The notes beneath the pieces were generated by a model. The model was not told the DNA's origin. It worked only from the letters and a program-made list of their open reading frames with translations, and searched no databases. From positions 1 to 64,000 of the forward strand of contig JBEQLE010000007.1 in assembly GCA_040326155.1 (NCBI GenBank): DNA of 64,000 bases, in the 5' to 3' direction. Below, piece after piece: positions 1 through 10,335 of the stretch. The position numbers were made by a program, and so were the translations under genes. The DNA comes from Leptospirales bacterium (lineage in GTDB: Bacteria > Spirochaetota > Leptospiria > Turneriellales > JAOUFE01). Positions within the stretch are counted from its first letter, which is position 1; every line of letters starts with the position of its first letter.

Positions 1-4
1 CCCC

Positions 5-47
5 TAGCTTCATAAGTTTTGATTAAAAATAAAAACTTATGAAGCTA
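5..47. repeat. Perfect 16-bp inverted repeat (hairpin)
   Basis: TAGCTTCATAAGTTTT (5-20) and AAAACTTATGAAGCTA (32-47); terminator-like or end of a repeat element. Confidence 0.6.
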
Positions 48-130
48 CCCCCCGATTCCATATGGAAGAAAGAGTCTGAGCATTTATGATATTAGACGAT
101 ACGACAAAACCTGGATATATGATAGTGAAA

Positions 131-250
131 ACTTCAAACGATGTCGGCCTGGCCGCCCGGTCGTTTTCGGTCGCATTCCGCGCTACGGACCCTACTCTAT
201 GTGGCGCCGTAGCGCCACCCTTTACTATTCGAAAAAACTGCGTTTGTAGT
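131..250. repeat. Long imperfect palindrome, GC-rich for its surroundings
   Basis: Ends ACTTCAAACG (131-140)/CGTTTGTAGT (241-250) pair at 9/10; internal GCGCTACGG/CCGTAGCGC and GTGGCGC-CGTA-GCGCCAC stems. Confidence 0.45.
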
Positions 251-982
251 CGGCCATATCTTGTTTAAATTTATTTTTTATCAATCTTGACATGTGAATT
301 TAGATTATAAATACAGACTAATTCGTAGAATTATATTCAAATGGTTTCGAGTCCCAAAATACTAATAAAACATGCCGCTTGCCAAAGCGTCCATAAAACT
401 ATACACTACTAACACTACTAAAGAAGAAATGCATCCATCAAGCTATGGTCACCCAGGAAAAATAGGACTATATTAAATACCGGTCAAGTTTTCAGGCTAA
501 TGAAGCGAGCGACCCAATAGAGATCTATCCGAATTGTAAACTATCAGCGCTACGCCATTTGCTTGCACTTAAAGCCTGCATAAAGAATTGTCGATACATC
601 ATGGTACTCAGGTTCTTCGGAACCCTCGCAACAAGAACTTAAGGTTATTGAACTTTTTTCCAGCCTGATTTTACGAAAGTAAATCAATATAGAGTTCAAT
701 GATAATATTTTCAACCTATGCTACTATTTACTCATTCCCGGCCACCGGGAAATTTTAATATTGATTCTAAATATTAACAATACGGTTTTATTCTGCTGAA
801 AATATAAAGTTTTTTTTAGTTAGTAAAGAAATAAACTGATACGAAATAAATAAAATTCTCGGAAGTAAGAATAGATCATTGACAAATGAATTAAAAAAAT
901 AAAGAATACCTGACTTAAGATTATTCATTTATTGAAAATGTGATAATTAAAGTAATCTTATTAATCATTGTGTGGAGTAAAA

Positions 983-3900
983 ATGCAAATTCCCGGGTAC
1001 CAAATTAAAGAAACAATTTTCAAAGGTAGATCCTCGTCCATCGTTCGCGCTCTAAGAGAACATGACAAAGAAACAGTTATCCTGCGCATGATGGATACTG
1101 ATTACCCGCCACCTATAGAAATTGCGCGTTTTAAGCGTGAGTATGAACTTTTAAAAGACCTGAACATCAAAGGAGTAATTAAATTTTACTCTTACGAGGA
1201 GATTAAAAATTCCCCCTTGATCGTTATGGAAGATTTTGGCGGTCAACCGCTAAATCAGGTGATGAGCGAAAACAAAGTTAAGACCGAAACGAAAATTAAA
1301 ATCGCCGCCAACATTGCGGGCATTTTAGGCGATATACATAAAGCCGGAATAATCCACAAAGACATCAACCCGAATAACATTTTAATGAATCCGAAAGACG
1401 GAACAATAAAAATTATAGACTTTGAAATATCTACGATTTTATCATATGAAAACCAGCAACTACAAAATCCCGATAAACTTGAAGGAACACTGGGGTATAT
1501 TTCACCGGAACAAACAGGTCGAATGAATCGGCCGATCGATTACCGTTCAGATATATATTCGTTAGGAATTACTTTTTACGAAATGTTTTGCGGCGAACGT
1601 CCTTTTACCGCTAAAGACAGTATTGAACTGGTCCACTTGCATATGGCAAAAATCCCCGAAACACTTACGCAAAAGAATCCTGAAATTCCGGCCGCTATTT
1701 CCGATATCGTTGGCAAAATGATGGAAAAGAATGCCGAAGATCGCTATAAAAGCTCTCACGCAGTAAAATCCGATTTGCAAAAAGTTCTGTCTGCATTGGC
1801 AGAGAGTACGTCACTCGATGGTTTTATAGCTGGTGAAAACGACTTTTCCGAACGTTTTCAAATTCCGGCAAAACTTTATGGCCGCGAAAATGAAATTACC
1901 ACATTGCTTGAAGCTTATGAAAGAGTTTGCGAAGGTAATATCGAAATTATGCTGGTCTACGGCTATTCCGGCGTTGGGAAATCGGCCTTAATTAACGAAG
2001 TTCATAAGCCAATTACAGAACACCGGGGGTATTTTATTTCAGGTAAATTCGACCAATACAAACGTAATATACCCTACTCTTCTTTAATAAGCGCATTTCA
2101 AGATCTCATAAGACAGTTGCTCACCGAAAGCGATGAACAAGTTGCAGTATGGAAAAACAAACTATTAACCTCGCTTGAATCAAGCGCACAGGTGATTATT
2201 GACGTTATACCGGAACTAGAGCACATCATCGGGCCGCAACGCGAAGTTGCCGCACTAGGTCCGCTGGAAGCTCAAAACAGGTTTAATTTATATTTTCGTA
2301 ATTTCGTTCAAGTATTTACAAGAAAAGAGCACCCCCTTTCTCTATTTTTAGACGACTTGCAATGGGCCGACGCCGCCTCTTTAACTCTTATTGAAAGCTT
2401 AAGCACCGATTCGAGCGGAAAATACTTTTTTATCATTGGTGCTTACCGAGACAACGAAGTCGATGGTTCTCACCCACTAATGCTTATGCTCGACAGAGCT
2501 AAAAAAGAAAAAGTTGCAATTCAGAAAATCGCTTTGAAACCGCTTAACGAAGAAGTACTCAGCCAAATCGTCGCTGAAACTTTTTCATGCACCAACGATA
2601 AAGCGCAACCATTGACAGAAATAGTCCATAAAAAAACAAACGGCAATCCGTTTTTTATAAACCAACTTTTAAAAGATTTGTACGAATCAAAGCTTGCCAC
2701 TTACGACCTGGATAAACACCAGTGGAAATGGGATCTTCAAAAAATCGGTGAAATGAAGATGTCCGACAATGTCATTAACTTAATGGTTAAAAAGATTCAA
2801 AAACTTCCCGAGAATACGCAAAAACAGATGCAACTAGCCGCTTGTATTGGAAACCAATTCAAATTAAGTGACCTTGCCCATGTCTGCCGTGAATCCGAAG
2901 ATGAACTGGCGCAAAGTCTCGAAGAAGCTTTGTGGGAAGAGCTTATATTGCCGATCGGCGACTCTTACAAGTTCGCCTCTTCAATGGTGGGCGGTTCAAA
3001 AAAGAAAAGTTCCAGTTTCATAATAGAATATAAATTTTTACACGACCGAGTGCAACAAGCCGCTTATGATATGCTTGGGTCCATTGAAAAGTCTGAAGCC
3101 CACTTTAAAATTGGAAACCTGCTTTTGGAAAACACCCCTCAAACACAATTATCCGACCATATATTTGACATAGTCAACCAGTTCAACCAGGCATTAGAAC
3201 TCGTTCAAGAGCCGGAAAAACGCACCCTCTTGGCTGATTTAAACCTTCAAGCGGGAAGAAAAGCCAAAAACTCCATAGCATACGAACCGGCTTTAAAATA
3301 CATAATAACCGCACAAGAAATAATGGATGATACCCTAAAAAAAGAAAATCCCCGCCTATGGTTTCAATTAGTGGTCGAAAGAGCCGAAACTGAACACCTT
3401 TGCGGAAATAGTGAAAACGCCGAAAAACATTTTAGCGAGGCGTTAAAAATTACGACTTCTCGTGATGAAAAAGCGGGAGTTTACGAGAAAATTATACACT
3501 TTTATACTAATATTGGAAATTTCAAATCAGCATACCAGGCTGGTAGAAAAGCCGTGAAACTTTTCGGGGTTAGTTTGCCGGCCGGGTTTATTCCACCTTT
3601 GTTTGCAATAGATTTATTGAAAGCGAAAATTAAACTGAGTGGAAGAAAAGTTGAACAGCTACTCGACCTTGCAATATGCAAAGACGAAGAAAAAAGAACT
3701 GCCATGCGCTTAATCGCCGCAATATTAAAAGCCACGTATCAAATAAGGCCCGAACTTTGTATTCATAATGCTATAAAGGCCGTTAATTTAAGCCTGAAAT
3801 ATGGTAACATTGAAGACAACGCAGTCTCGTATGTTGTCTTCGGAGGAATCTTTTTAGGGGGGGTTCTTGGCAACCGACAAACCGGTTACGAATTTGGCAA

Positions 3901-6262
3901 GCTAGCTTTAGCCATGAATGATAAATTCGACAATTTAAGCCAAAGAAGCGAAGTCAATTTTGTGTCGGCATATTTTACCAACTTTTGGATGAGACCGGCG
4001 ATCGAAACAGAAAAGTATTACAAAGCGGCTTATGAAAACGGATTACAAACCGGAGACTTCTTCCATGTATCTTGCGCCGCATGCACTCTGGTAATGAGCC
4101 AGTTTATTCGCGGAGTCAACCTCGACGAAGTAAAAAGAATCGGGACCGACTATCATAATTTTATGAATCGAATAGACAGCCGCGAAGCGAAAGGAGCGAT
4201 TCAGGCCACGCTTAGCGCGATTGACAACTTAAAAGGCAATACAAATAGCCCGATTTCTTTTTCAAGCGGCGATATAAAAGAAGATGAGTATATCGATGAG
4301 ATTAAAAAGTTCATTTCTTTACACTTTACACATTTCTATTATGTCAACAAAATGTTATCTTTGTTTCTTTGGGGAAAATACACCGAAGCTCTTGAAACCG
4401 CAACCGAGTCAGAAAAATATTTAAAATATTCCATTGCCATGCTTCATACGGTAGAACACCATTTTTTACATGCCTTGATCTTATCGGCTTTGTATACGCA
4501 AACCGGCAAGAAAAAACATCTCAATAAAATTAAAAAAATCCATAAAAAAATCGGGAAATGGGCCAAAGCTAACCGCGATAATTTTGAACACCAGGACCTG
4601 ATTATACAGGCTGAACTTTCGAAACACAATGGCGGCGGCTGGAAAACCGTGGAGCTCTACGAAAAAGCGGCAAAATCGGCGAATGAAAACGGGTTTATTC
4701 AAAAAGCGGCCATTGCCAACGAGCTGGCTGGACGCTATATGATTTCGCAAAAGATGAGAAAAGGAGCGAAAGGATATTTGAGCGACGCCTACCATGCTTA
4801 CATGAACTGGGGCGCCAGCGCAGTTGCAAACAAATTAGCCAAAGAGTTCCCTTGGGCTACCGAGAACGCCTCACACGGTAAAGGCCTCAACCACCTGAGC
4901 ACCACAGTAATGGATGATGCCACAACAGTTACCGCTTCGTATTCATCGGGTACAAGCGACAGCACGTCAAAATCAATACTCGACATAGACACCGTAGTAA
5001 AATCAACCCAGGCGATATCGGGCGAGATTAAATTATCGTCTCTACTGGAAAAATTAATGGAAATTATTATAGAAAATGCGGGGGCTGAAAAAGGGTATTT
5101 TATTGTTCATGAAAAACAAAAGTATCTCATTGAAGCTGAGGGTTCGGTAAACTCGAAAGAGGTTAAAACTCTGCAAAGTCTGCCTATTGAAGAGGGCAAC
5201 AAAGTAGCCGCCAGCGTTATCCAATATGTCGCAAGAACCAGTGAGCCTGTGCTGTTAGCCAACGCGGCAACAAATCGCCAATTTGGCAATGATCCCTCTA
5301 TAAAAGAGAACCAAACTAAATCGCTCTTGTGTTCGCCGATCATTCACCAGGGTAAAACGGTGGGAATTATTTACCTGGAAAACAACCTGGCCACAGGGAC
5401 TTTCACTGAAAAACGGCTCGATATGTTAAAGATGATTTCGGCGCAAGCAGCTATCTCTTTAGAAAACGCCCGCCATTACGATAACCTTGAACACAAGGTA
5501 GAAGAAAGAACACGCGATCTGGCCAAAGAGCGGGAAAAAAGTGATAAATTGTTAGAAAATATTCTACCGCGAGAGATTGCCATTGAATTAAAATACAATG
5601 GTAAAGTCGAACCGCAACTTTACCGGTCCGCAACGATTATGTTCACCGACTTTAAAGGGTTTACCCAAAAAGCCGGTATGCTCTCGCCGGAAGAACTTTT
5701 ACACGAGCTAGACACCCGCTTTACCCGTTTTGATGAAATCTGCGACGAACACGGCCTTGAAAAACTAAAAACCATCGGGGACGCTTACATGTGCGCAGGT
5801 GGCCTACCCAACGTAAATTATACCCACATTGTCGATATGTGCTTAGGGGCTATGCAAATACAAGATTATATGTTTAGTAAAGCCCAAAATGTAGACGATT
5901 TCGATGTATGGGAACTGCGTATTGGTATTCACACCGGCCCGGTAATGGCCGGGGTTATTGGGCAAAACAAGTTTACGTACGATGTATGGGGAGACACAGT
6001 AAACGTCTCAGCTCGTTTAGAATCTTCAGGCGAACCGGGGAAAATTAACATTTCGGCGGATGTATACGAGTTAGTAAAAAAATACTTTGAATGCACCGAT
6101 CGTGGCGAAATAGAAGCCCGCGGAAAAGGGAAAATTAAAATGTTTTTCTTAAATCGCCTTAAGCCTGAATATGCCACCGACGAAAAGGGGCTGGTTGCAA
6201 ACGAAATATTGCGCGATGAATTTGAAAAAGAGTTTAAAGCACATCTGAAGTCAAAAAAATAA
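983..6262 (+). CDS. Multidomain Ser/Thr kinase-like / AAA (STAND-like) NTPase / GAF / class III adenylate cyclase
   Basis: HKDINPNN, GTLGYISPEQTGR, P-loop GYSGVGKS, LFLDDLQWAD, GAF (IIYLEN), cyclase FTDFKGFT, KTIGDAYM, YDVWGDTVN. Start placed at ATG 983 after GGAG rather than TTG 968. Confidence 0.9.
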   Translation: MQIPGYQIKETIFKGRSSSIVRALREHDKETVILRMMDTDYPPPIEIARFKREYELLKDLNIKGVIKFYSYEEIKNSPLIVMEDFGGQPLNQVMSENKVKTETKIKIAANIAGILGDIHKAGIIHKDINPNNILMNPKDGTIKIIDFEISTILSYENQQLQNPDKLEGTLGYISPEQTGRMNRPIDYRSDIYSLGITFYEMFCGERPFTAKDSIELVHLHMAKIPETLTQKNPEIPAAISDIVGKMMEKNAEDRYKSSHAVKSDLQKVLSALAESTSLDGFIAGENDFSERFQIPAKLYGRENEITTLLEAYERVCEGNIEIMLVYGYSGVGKSALINEVHKPITEHRGYFISGKFDQYKRNIPYSSLISAFQDLIRQLLTESDEQVAVWKNKLLTSLESSAQVIIDVIPELEHIIGPQREVAALGPLEAQNRFNLYFRNFVQVFTRKEHPLSLFLDDLQWADAASLTLIESLSTDSSGKYFFIIGAYRDNEVDGSHPLMLMLDRAKKEKVAIQKIALKPLNEEVLSQIVAETFSCTNDKAQPLTEIVHKKTNGNPFFINQLLKDLYESKLATYDLDKHQWKWDLQKIGEMKMSDNVINLMVKKIQKLPENTQKQMQLAACIGNQFKLSDLAHVCRESEDELAQSLEEALWEELILPIGDSYKFASSMVGGSKKKSSSFIIEYKFLHDRVQQAAYDMLGSIEKSEAHFKIGNLLLENTPQTQLSDHIFDIVNQFNQALELVQEPEKRTLLADLNLQAGRKAKNSIAYEPALKYIITAQEIMDDTLKKENPRLWFQLVVERAETEHLCGNSENAEKHFSEALKITTSRDEKAGVYEKIIHFYTNIGNFKSAYQAGRKAVKLFGVSLPAGFIPPLFAIDLLKAKIKLSGRKVEQLLDLAICKDEEKRTAMRLIAAILKATYQIRPELCIHNAIKAVNLSLKYGNIEDNAVSYVVFGGIFLGGVLGNRQTGYEFGKLALAMNDKFDNLSQRSEVNFVSAYFTNFWMRPAIETEKYYKAAYENGLQTGDFFHVSCAACTLVMSQFIRGVNLDEVKRIGTDYHNFMNRIDSREAKGAIQATLSAIDNLKGNTNSPISFSSGDIKEDEYIDEIKKFISLHFTHFYYVNKMLSLFLWGKYTEALETATESEKYLKYSIAMLHTVEHHFLHALILSALYTQTGKKKHLNKIKKIHKKIGKWAKANRDNFEHQDLIIQAELSKHNGGGWKTVELYEKAAKSANENGFIQKAAIANELAGRYMISQKMRKGAKGYLSDAYHAYMNWGASAVANKLAKEFPWATENASHGKGLNHLSTTVMDDATTVTASYSSGTSDSTSKSILDIDTVVKSTQAISGEIKLSSLLEKLMEIIIENAGAEKGYFIVHEKQKYLIEAEGSVNSKEVKTLQSLPIEEGNKVAASVIQYVARTSEPVLLANAATNRQFGNDPSIKENQTKSLLCSPIIHQGKTVGIIYLENNLATGTFTEKRLDMLKMISAQAAISLENARHYDNLEHKVEERTRDLAKEREKSDKLLENILPREIAIELKYNGKVEPQLYRSATIMFTDFKGFTQKAGMLSPEELLHELDTRFTRFDEICDEHGLEKLKTIGDAYMCAGGLPNVNYTHIVDMCLGAMQIQDYMFSKAQNVDDFDVWELRIGIHTGPVMAGVIGQNKFTYDVWGDTVNVSARLESSGEPGKINISADVYELVKKYFECTDRGEIEARGKGKIKMFFLNRLKPEYATDEKGLVANEILRDEFEKEFKAHLKSKK

Positions 6263-6281
6263 AAAGAGGATTTCTACATAG

Positions 6282-6318
6282 TTTGAAGCGCGGACCAGAA
6301 GTCGGCCCGTGCTTCAAA
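6282..6318. terminator. Stem-loop between convergent genes
   Basis: TTTGAAGCGCGG ... CCGTGCTTCAAA, 12-bp stem with one G-U pair. Confidence 0.6.
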
Positions 6319-6340
6319 TATACTCGATGAAATTCTGAAA

Positions 6341-8653
6341 TTATTTTCCGGTCTCTTGTTTAATAAAATCTTTAATCAAGTTAACTTTACCTGGAGACAT
6401 GGTTCTGGTGATCGGCATGTTATACGTAGACCAGAACATCTTTACTTCATCCGTTGGGTTGTCTCCCGGTTTTGGCGGTTTACCGGTAGCGCCCGGGTCC
6501 CCGAGTCTCTCTAAAATCGGGCTCGACGCGTATTCGCCGGCTACGGAACTCGCAGCATCCAGCGGAATGATTTTCGTCATTGCCGGAAAGAGTATGTTGT
6601 AATATCGCAACGCGTGAGCATATACATCATCCCACTTTATCGAGCTGGTATCGTATCCTTTATCATCAAAAACTCGAATGCTGCTGTAGTTATTGCCGGC
6701 CCAGGCAGGGACTCCCTGTCCTTGCTCGATATCATCGAGTTGAATGTTTATTAAAGCAACTCCCATTTTTGCCGTGTCAAACGAGATCGAATAGGGCGCA
6801 GTATAACCCTCACCTGCCGGAATCGTAACCGAAGAGTCCATCTTAAGACGATCATCCACATTCCCACCCGTTTGGCTTCCCCCGTCAATACAGTAATCAC
6901 CTAAATGTCTCGGTTCGGTCGTTTGGTTGGTCCTGAATTCATTTATCTTCCCAGCACAAGTGCTGTCGCCTTTTATCTGTATTATGTTTTTATATTCTTT
7001 CAAATACAGGGTTACCGGTTTCGTGGTAGGGCCGCCTCGTTCATAGACTTTTACATCTAAGCTCAAGTCGGTTTGCCCCAGAATAGTATACATCGCTCTA
7101 TCGTCGGTAACTACCCTGATTACATCTTCTTGAGCCAAAGGACGGCTCGGTTTGTCTTGCACCGAAGGAATAGGATCCGATGGTTTATCTTGTTGGTCGC
7201 GATAGCCGTTAACAGGATCGTTCTGCTTAGCCCGAATAACCAGGTTACCACGCTGTATTGCTTCAAGCAAGGTAGAAGCGACACTACCGCCGCTTGCCTG
7301 CGGGTTAAACGAAATATCTACGATTCCACCAAAATTTTCGTATGTTCCATAGTGGTTTAGTCCATAGTCTATATCGCCAACGGAGACTGATTTTGTTGAA
7401 TCATCGGGGTCGACAACCGCCAGCTCAAGAGCGCCTATATCAGCCCTGTTTTGTTTTTTGTCAAAACCTATTAAATTGTTTTGCTGATTCGTTACACTTG
7501 GACCAGTAGGGTTACGAAACCCTTCTTTTGCAAAAGACTCTACCGTATCGAGTGAGATCACTTTATTATCAGTTTGAACCAACGCGACGGCGTTACCGAT
7601 CAACGTGGGGGCGGGACCGCCAACGGTAGGGGCTCCCGTGGAACTATTCGGTGCATAGGGCAGTTCAGTCCCTGGTGTCAATTGCAAAGGTGTACCATCG
7701 CTGGGTTTCCAATACGTATACGGCCGAGGATAATTCGTAATCAACTTTCTGCCAAAAGTTTCCGTTTCCGGTTCGTTGGCATAGTGAACGCCAATGGTCC
7801 CCACAGTGTAACCATAAGCCGGGTTTGGCGGCCATTGACCGCTATCTTTATAAACTTCTTTTAAAGCGGTATCGGTGATAGAAGGTTCCGTCTCCATGAT
7901 TCGAAACCTGATCACCAGACCCGCACTTGCTTTCGCCTGGGTCAGCAAATTTTTAAGCCCTGGCGAGGTAGAACTCGAAGGTTCGGACAAAGCCGACGCC
8001 GGAATAACAAACTGCATAACACATCCAATGCTGGCAAAATTTTGTTCACCACTGTAAGGATTCAGGGGATCCTTAGGATTATCGGGATTAGGTTCCGCTT
8101 TGGCCACCGTACTTTGGAAGTTCAACCAATTCTGGTACGCGCGCGTATCGTGAAAAAGCTGTAAAATATCCGATCCATCGGAATCCATAAACTGTATGCC
8201 ACCTACGAAAATCTGCGTGGTAACCAGGCCGGTATGGTCTAAATCGACCATAACAGCCGAGCCCGCCCCACTCTTATCAGGGTTATCGCTTCCTGTAATG
8301 TTAAAATATTTTCCGATTATACTATCGTCCGAAGCTGAAGTGACCTGCGAGCCGTCTTCATTAATGACAGAGGTTATCCGGGTGTTTAAAAAACTGGTTT
8401 TATGATCGCCGGCAAGGTTCCAACCCGACAAAGGAAAATCATTTTTCCCCGCCGGGTCGTCAAAATTTTGCATAACTTCGGTCGTACGCATATACTCCAA
8501 AGCTTCTTTGTCGTCTTTATCGGCAAGATCTTTGCCGAAATCGTCGGTTTCACGATTGACCACAGTCGGCATAACATCGTCATTATTTGTCGTACATGGG
8601 TTACACGAAATAACTCCACTAAAATTTATTCTGGGATAATTTAAAATACTCAT
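6341..8653 (-). CDS. VioB/RebD/StaD-like protein without C-terminal ferritin-like domain
   Basis: N-terminus MSILNYPRINFSG..N..T.N.D resembles VioB (MSILDFPRIHFRG..N..T.N.D). C-terminus LRYYNILFPAM...MPITRTMSPGK resembles VioB YYELVYPFM...MPSTRELSAPK. AGGAG RBS; no signal peptide. Confidence 0.7.
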   Translation of the reverse strand: MSILNYPRINFSGVISCNPCTTNNDDVMPTVVNRETDDFGKDLADKDDKEALEYMRTTEVMQNFDDPAGKNDFPLSGWNLAGDHKTSFLNTRITSVINEDGSQVTSASDDSIIGKYFNITGSDNPDKSGAGSAVMVDLDHTGLVTTQIFVGGIQFMDSDGSDILQLFHDTRAYQNWLNFQSTVAKAEPNPDNPKDPLNPYSGEQNFASIGCVMQFVIPASALSEPSSSTSPGLKNLLTQAKASAGLVIRFRIMETEPSITDTALKEVYKDSGQWPPNPAYGYTVGTIGVHYANEPETETFGRKLITNYPRPYTYWKPSDGTPLQLTPGTELPYAPNSSTGAPTVGGPAPTLIGNAVALVQTDNKVISLDTVESFAKEGFRNPTGPSVTNQQNNLIGFDKKQNRADIGALELAVVDPDDSTKSVSVGDIDYGLNHYGTYENFGGIVDISFNPQASGGSVASTLLEAIQRGNLVIRAKQNDPVNGYRDQQDKPSDPIPSVQDKPSRPLAQEDVIRVVTDDRAMYTILGQTDLSLDVKVYERGGPTTKPVTLYLKEYKNIIQIKGDSTCAGKINEFRTNQTTEPRHLGDYCIDGGSQTGGNVDDRLKMDSSVTIPAGEGYTAPYSISFDTAKMGVALINIQLDDIEQGQGVPAWAGNNYSSIRVFDDKGYDTSSIKWDDVYAHALRYYNILFPAMTKIIPLDAASSVAGEYASSPILERLGDPGATGKPPKPGDNPTDEVKMFWSTYNMPITRTMSPGKVNLIKDFIKQETGK

Positions 8654-8728
8654 ATTATTTCTCCTTTTATTTTTTACGTATTCATTTTATGTACACTCCC
8701 GTGTACACATTCAAGCCTATGGAATTTC

Positions 8729-10135
8729 TCACTCTTTACAGCTTGCTGAAACCGGCCATCTGTTATTCCATGGAAAATCTTTCGGGTCGGGACATGCCTG
8801 GGCAAACATAAAGCTGTAATCGGCACCGATAGCCCTCATCTTTGTTTTTGCAGTCTGGTGGCAAGCCACACAACTGCTGTCTTGCTCTTTTAAATATGTC
8901 TCCATCGTTGTATTGGCAGAAGATGGCGGTTCTATCGTTCCAGGGTCACCAACGGCGATATAACGAGTCCACTGGGTTTCCACCAGTTCGTAATATTGCC
9001 AGGGGTTGTCTTTGCCAAAGGCAAGCATCAATTCTTTCCAGGCGACATTAAGTGGTTTAGCTTCCGCCCCGATATCAATCACGCGAATAACTTCGGTAGG
9101 GTCATACGCTGGCCGACCGTCTTCCGTACTCTGGTTGTACTTACAATCTTTTGTAGTATAACAATCCTTATTGAACAATGTGTAGGGTCCCGCATGATTC
9201 GGGTCTTTGCCGGGTTCGGTGGTGCTTTTCCACGGGGGAACGTTATCGACATGTTCGTAAGTAGCCCATATCCACTGGTCTCTTCCGTTTGCTTTTACTT
9301 TACGAATAAAGTGAAGACCGATCAGACCCAGGTTTTGCACTTTACAAGAAGCGGGTACATCGTCCAGTTCTGGTGTATATACAACACTCTCTCGTGTAAA
9401 AAAACGGCTTTTGTCGGGTGAAGCCGAAGAACCGTTTAAAACAACCCAGGAAGCTTTCATTTCCATAGAACCGTGTGGAAAGTTCGCTGCGGACATTTTT
9501 TTCTGGTTTTCGATATTCCAGCCCTTGGTTTTCATGATATAATCATATACATTTTTATCAAACGTTATCGAATAATGAATAATAGTCTTATTCTGAGCTG
9601 TTACGGAATATCCCACTGCCTGGTTATAACGGTCCACTGGCGCAACTCCGGCGGCTTTTGCATCGAGATATATTAACGTTTTACCTTCCTGAACAGCGGC
9701 TTCGCACAACGGCGGCAATGAAGGATTACCATTATCCGCCCATGAAGCTGGTTTTTTACCATCCGGCCAAAACATTTCGTTTGGCCCTTTCCATGTTTCC
9801 CAGACTACCGGCAAGTACTGACCATCGCTTCTTTGTCCGATAATGGCGTTATTACAATCAGGTACACCGCGATCACCTTTTGTGTTTGGCCAGATTAGCG
9901 CCGCAAAAAGTTGCAAAGCCCAGTTGTCCATATCTGTCTGCGTGGGTGTATCCGGTAGATCACCCGGCGGTTGACACATTTGAGCCCGAACTGGATTGAT
10001 CGACAATCCATCTTGTTTAATTATTTTTTTCGCTTCCGCTTCGTCATATTTTGGTTTACAATTTGTAAGTACGAATACTGCCGCAAAAAGTACAACTGCT
10101 GTTAACTTTTTCATAATAATATTATTTTTATTCAT
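8729..10135 (-). CDS. Lipoprotein, cytochrome c family with single C-terminal CxxCH
   Basis: Signal peptide with lipobox FVLTNC; SSCVACHQ heme-c motif; WETWK, GLIGLHF, WIWATYEHVDN, ANTTMETY blocks; AGGAG RBS. Confidence 0.75.
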   Translation of the reverse strand: MNKNNIIMKKLTAVVLFAAVFVLTNCKPKYDEAEAKKIIKQDGLSINPVRAQMCQPPGDLPDTPTQTDMDNWALQLFAALIWPNTKGDRGVPDCNNAIIGQRSDGQYLPVVWETWKGPNEMFWPDGKKPASWADNGNPSLPPLCEAAVQEGKTLIYLDAKAAGVAPVDRYNQAVGYSVTAQNKTIIHYSITFDKNVYDYIMKTKGWNIENQKKMSAANFPHGSMEMKASWVVLNGSSASPDKSRFFTRESVVYTPELDDVPASCKVQNLGLIGLHFIRKVKANGRDQWIWATYEHVDNVPPWKSTTEPGKDPNHAGPYTLFNKDCYTTKDCKYNQSTEDGRPAYDPTEVIRVIDIGAEAKPLNVAWKELMLAFGKDNPWQYYELVETQWTRYIAVGDPGTIEPPSSANTTMETYLKEQDSSCVACHQTAKTKMRAIGADYSFMFAQACPDPKDFPWNNRWPVSASCKE

Positions 10136-10335
10136 TTTCTTCTCCTTCCTTCTAGTTTTTCAAAATTTTTATTTCTGCCATTGCCGTTTTTTACTTATTT
10201 TCCAAGACCAATCAATTTTACACCAGTTAAATGCGTAAGATTTTAATACAATGATATTATCATAATTAATACATTATTTATTTTGGCAAGACATTTTTGT
10301 TTTTATATAAACAGCCAAAAGTATCAAGGTTGCAA

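Noticed and set aside
270..960. Possible decayed gene fragments upstream of the first kinase
   Set aside because: Stop-riddled in the frames I read; no family recognisable by eye
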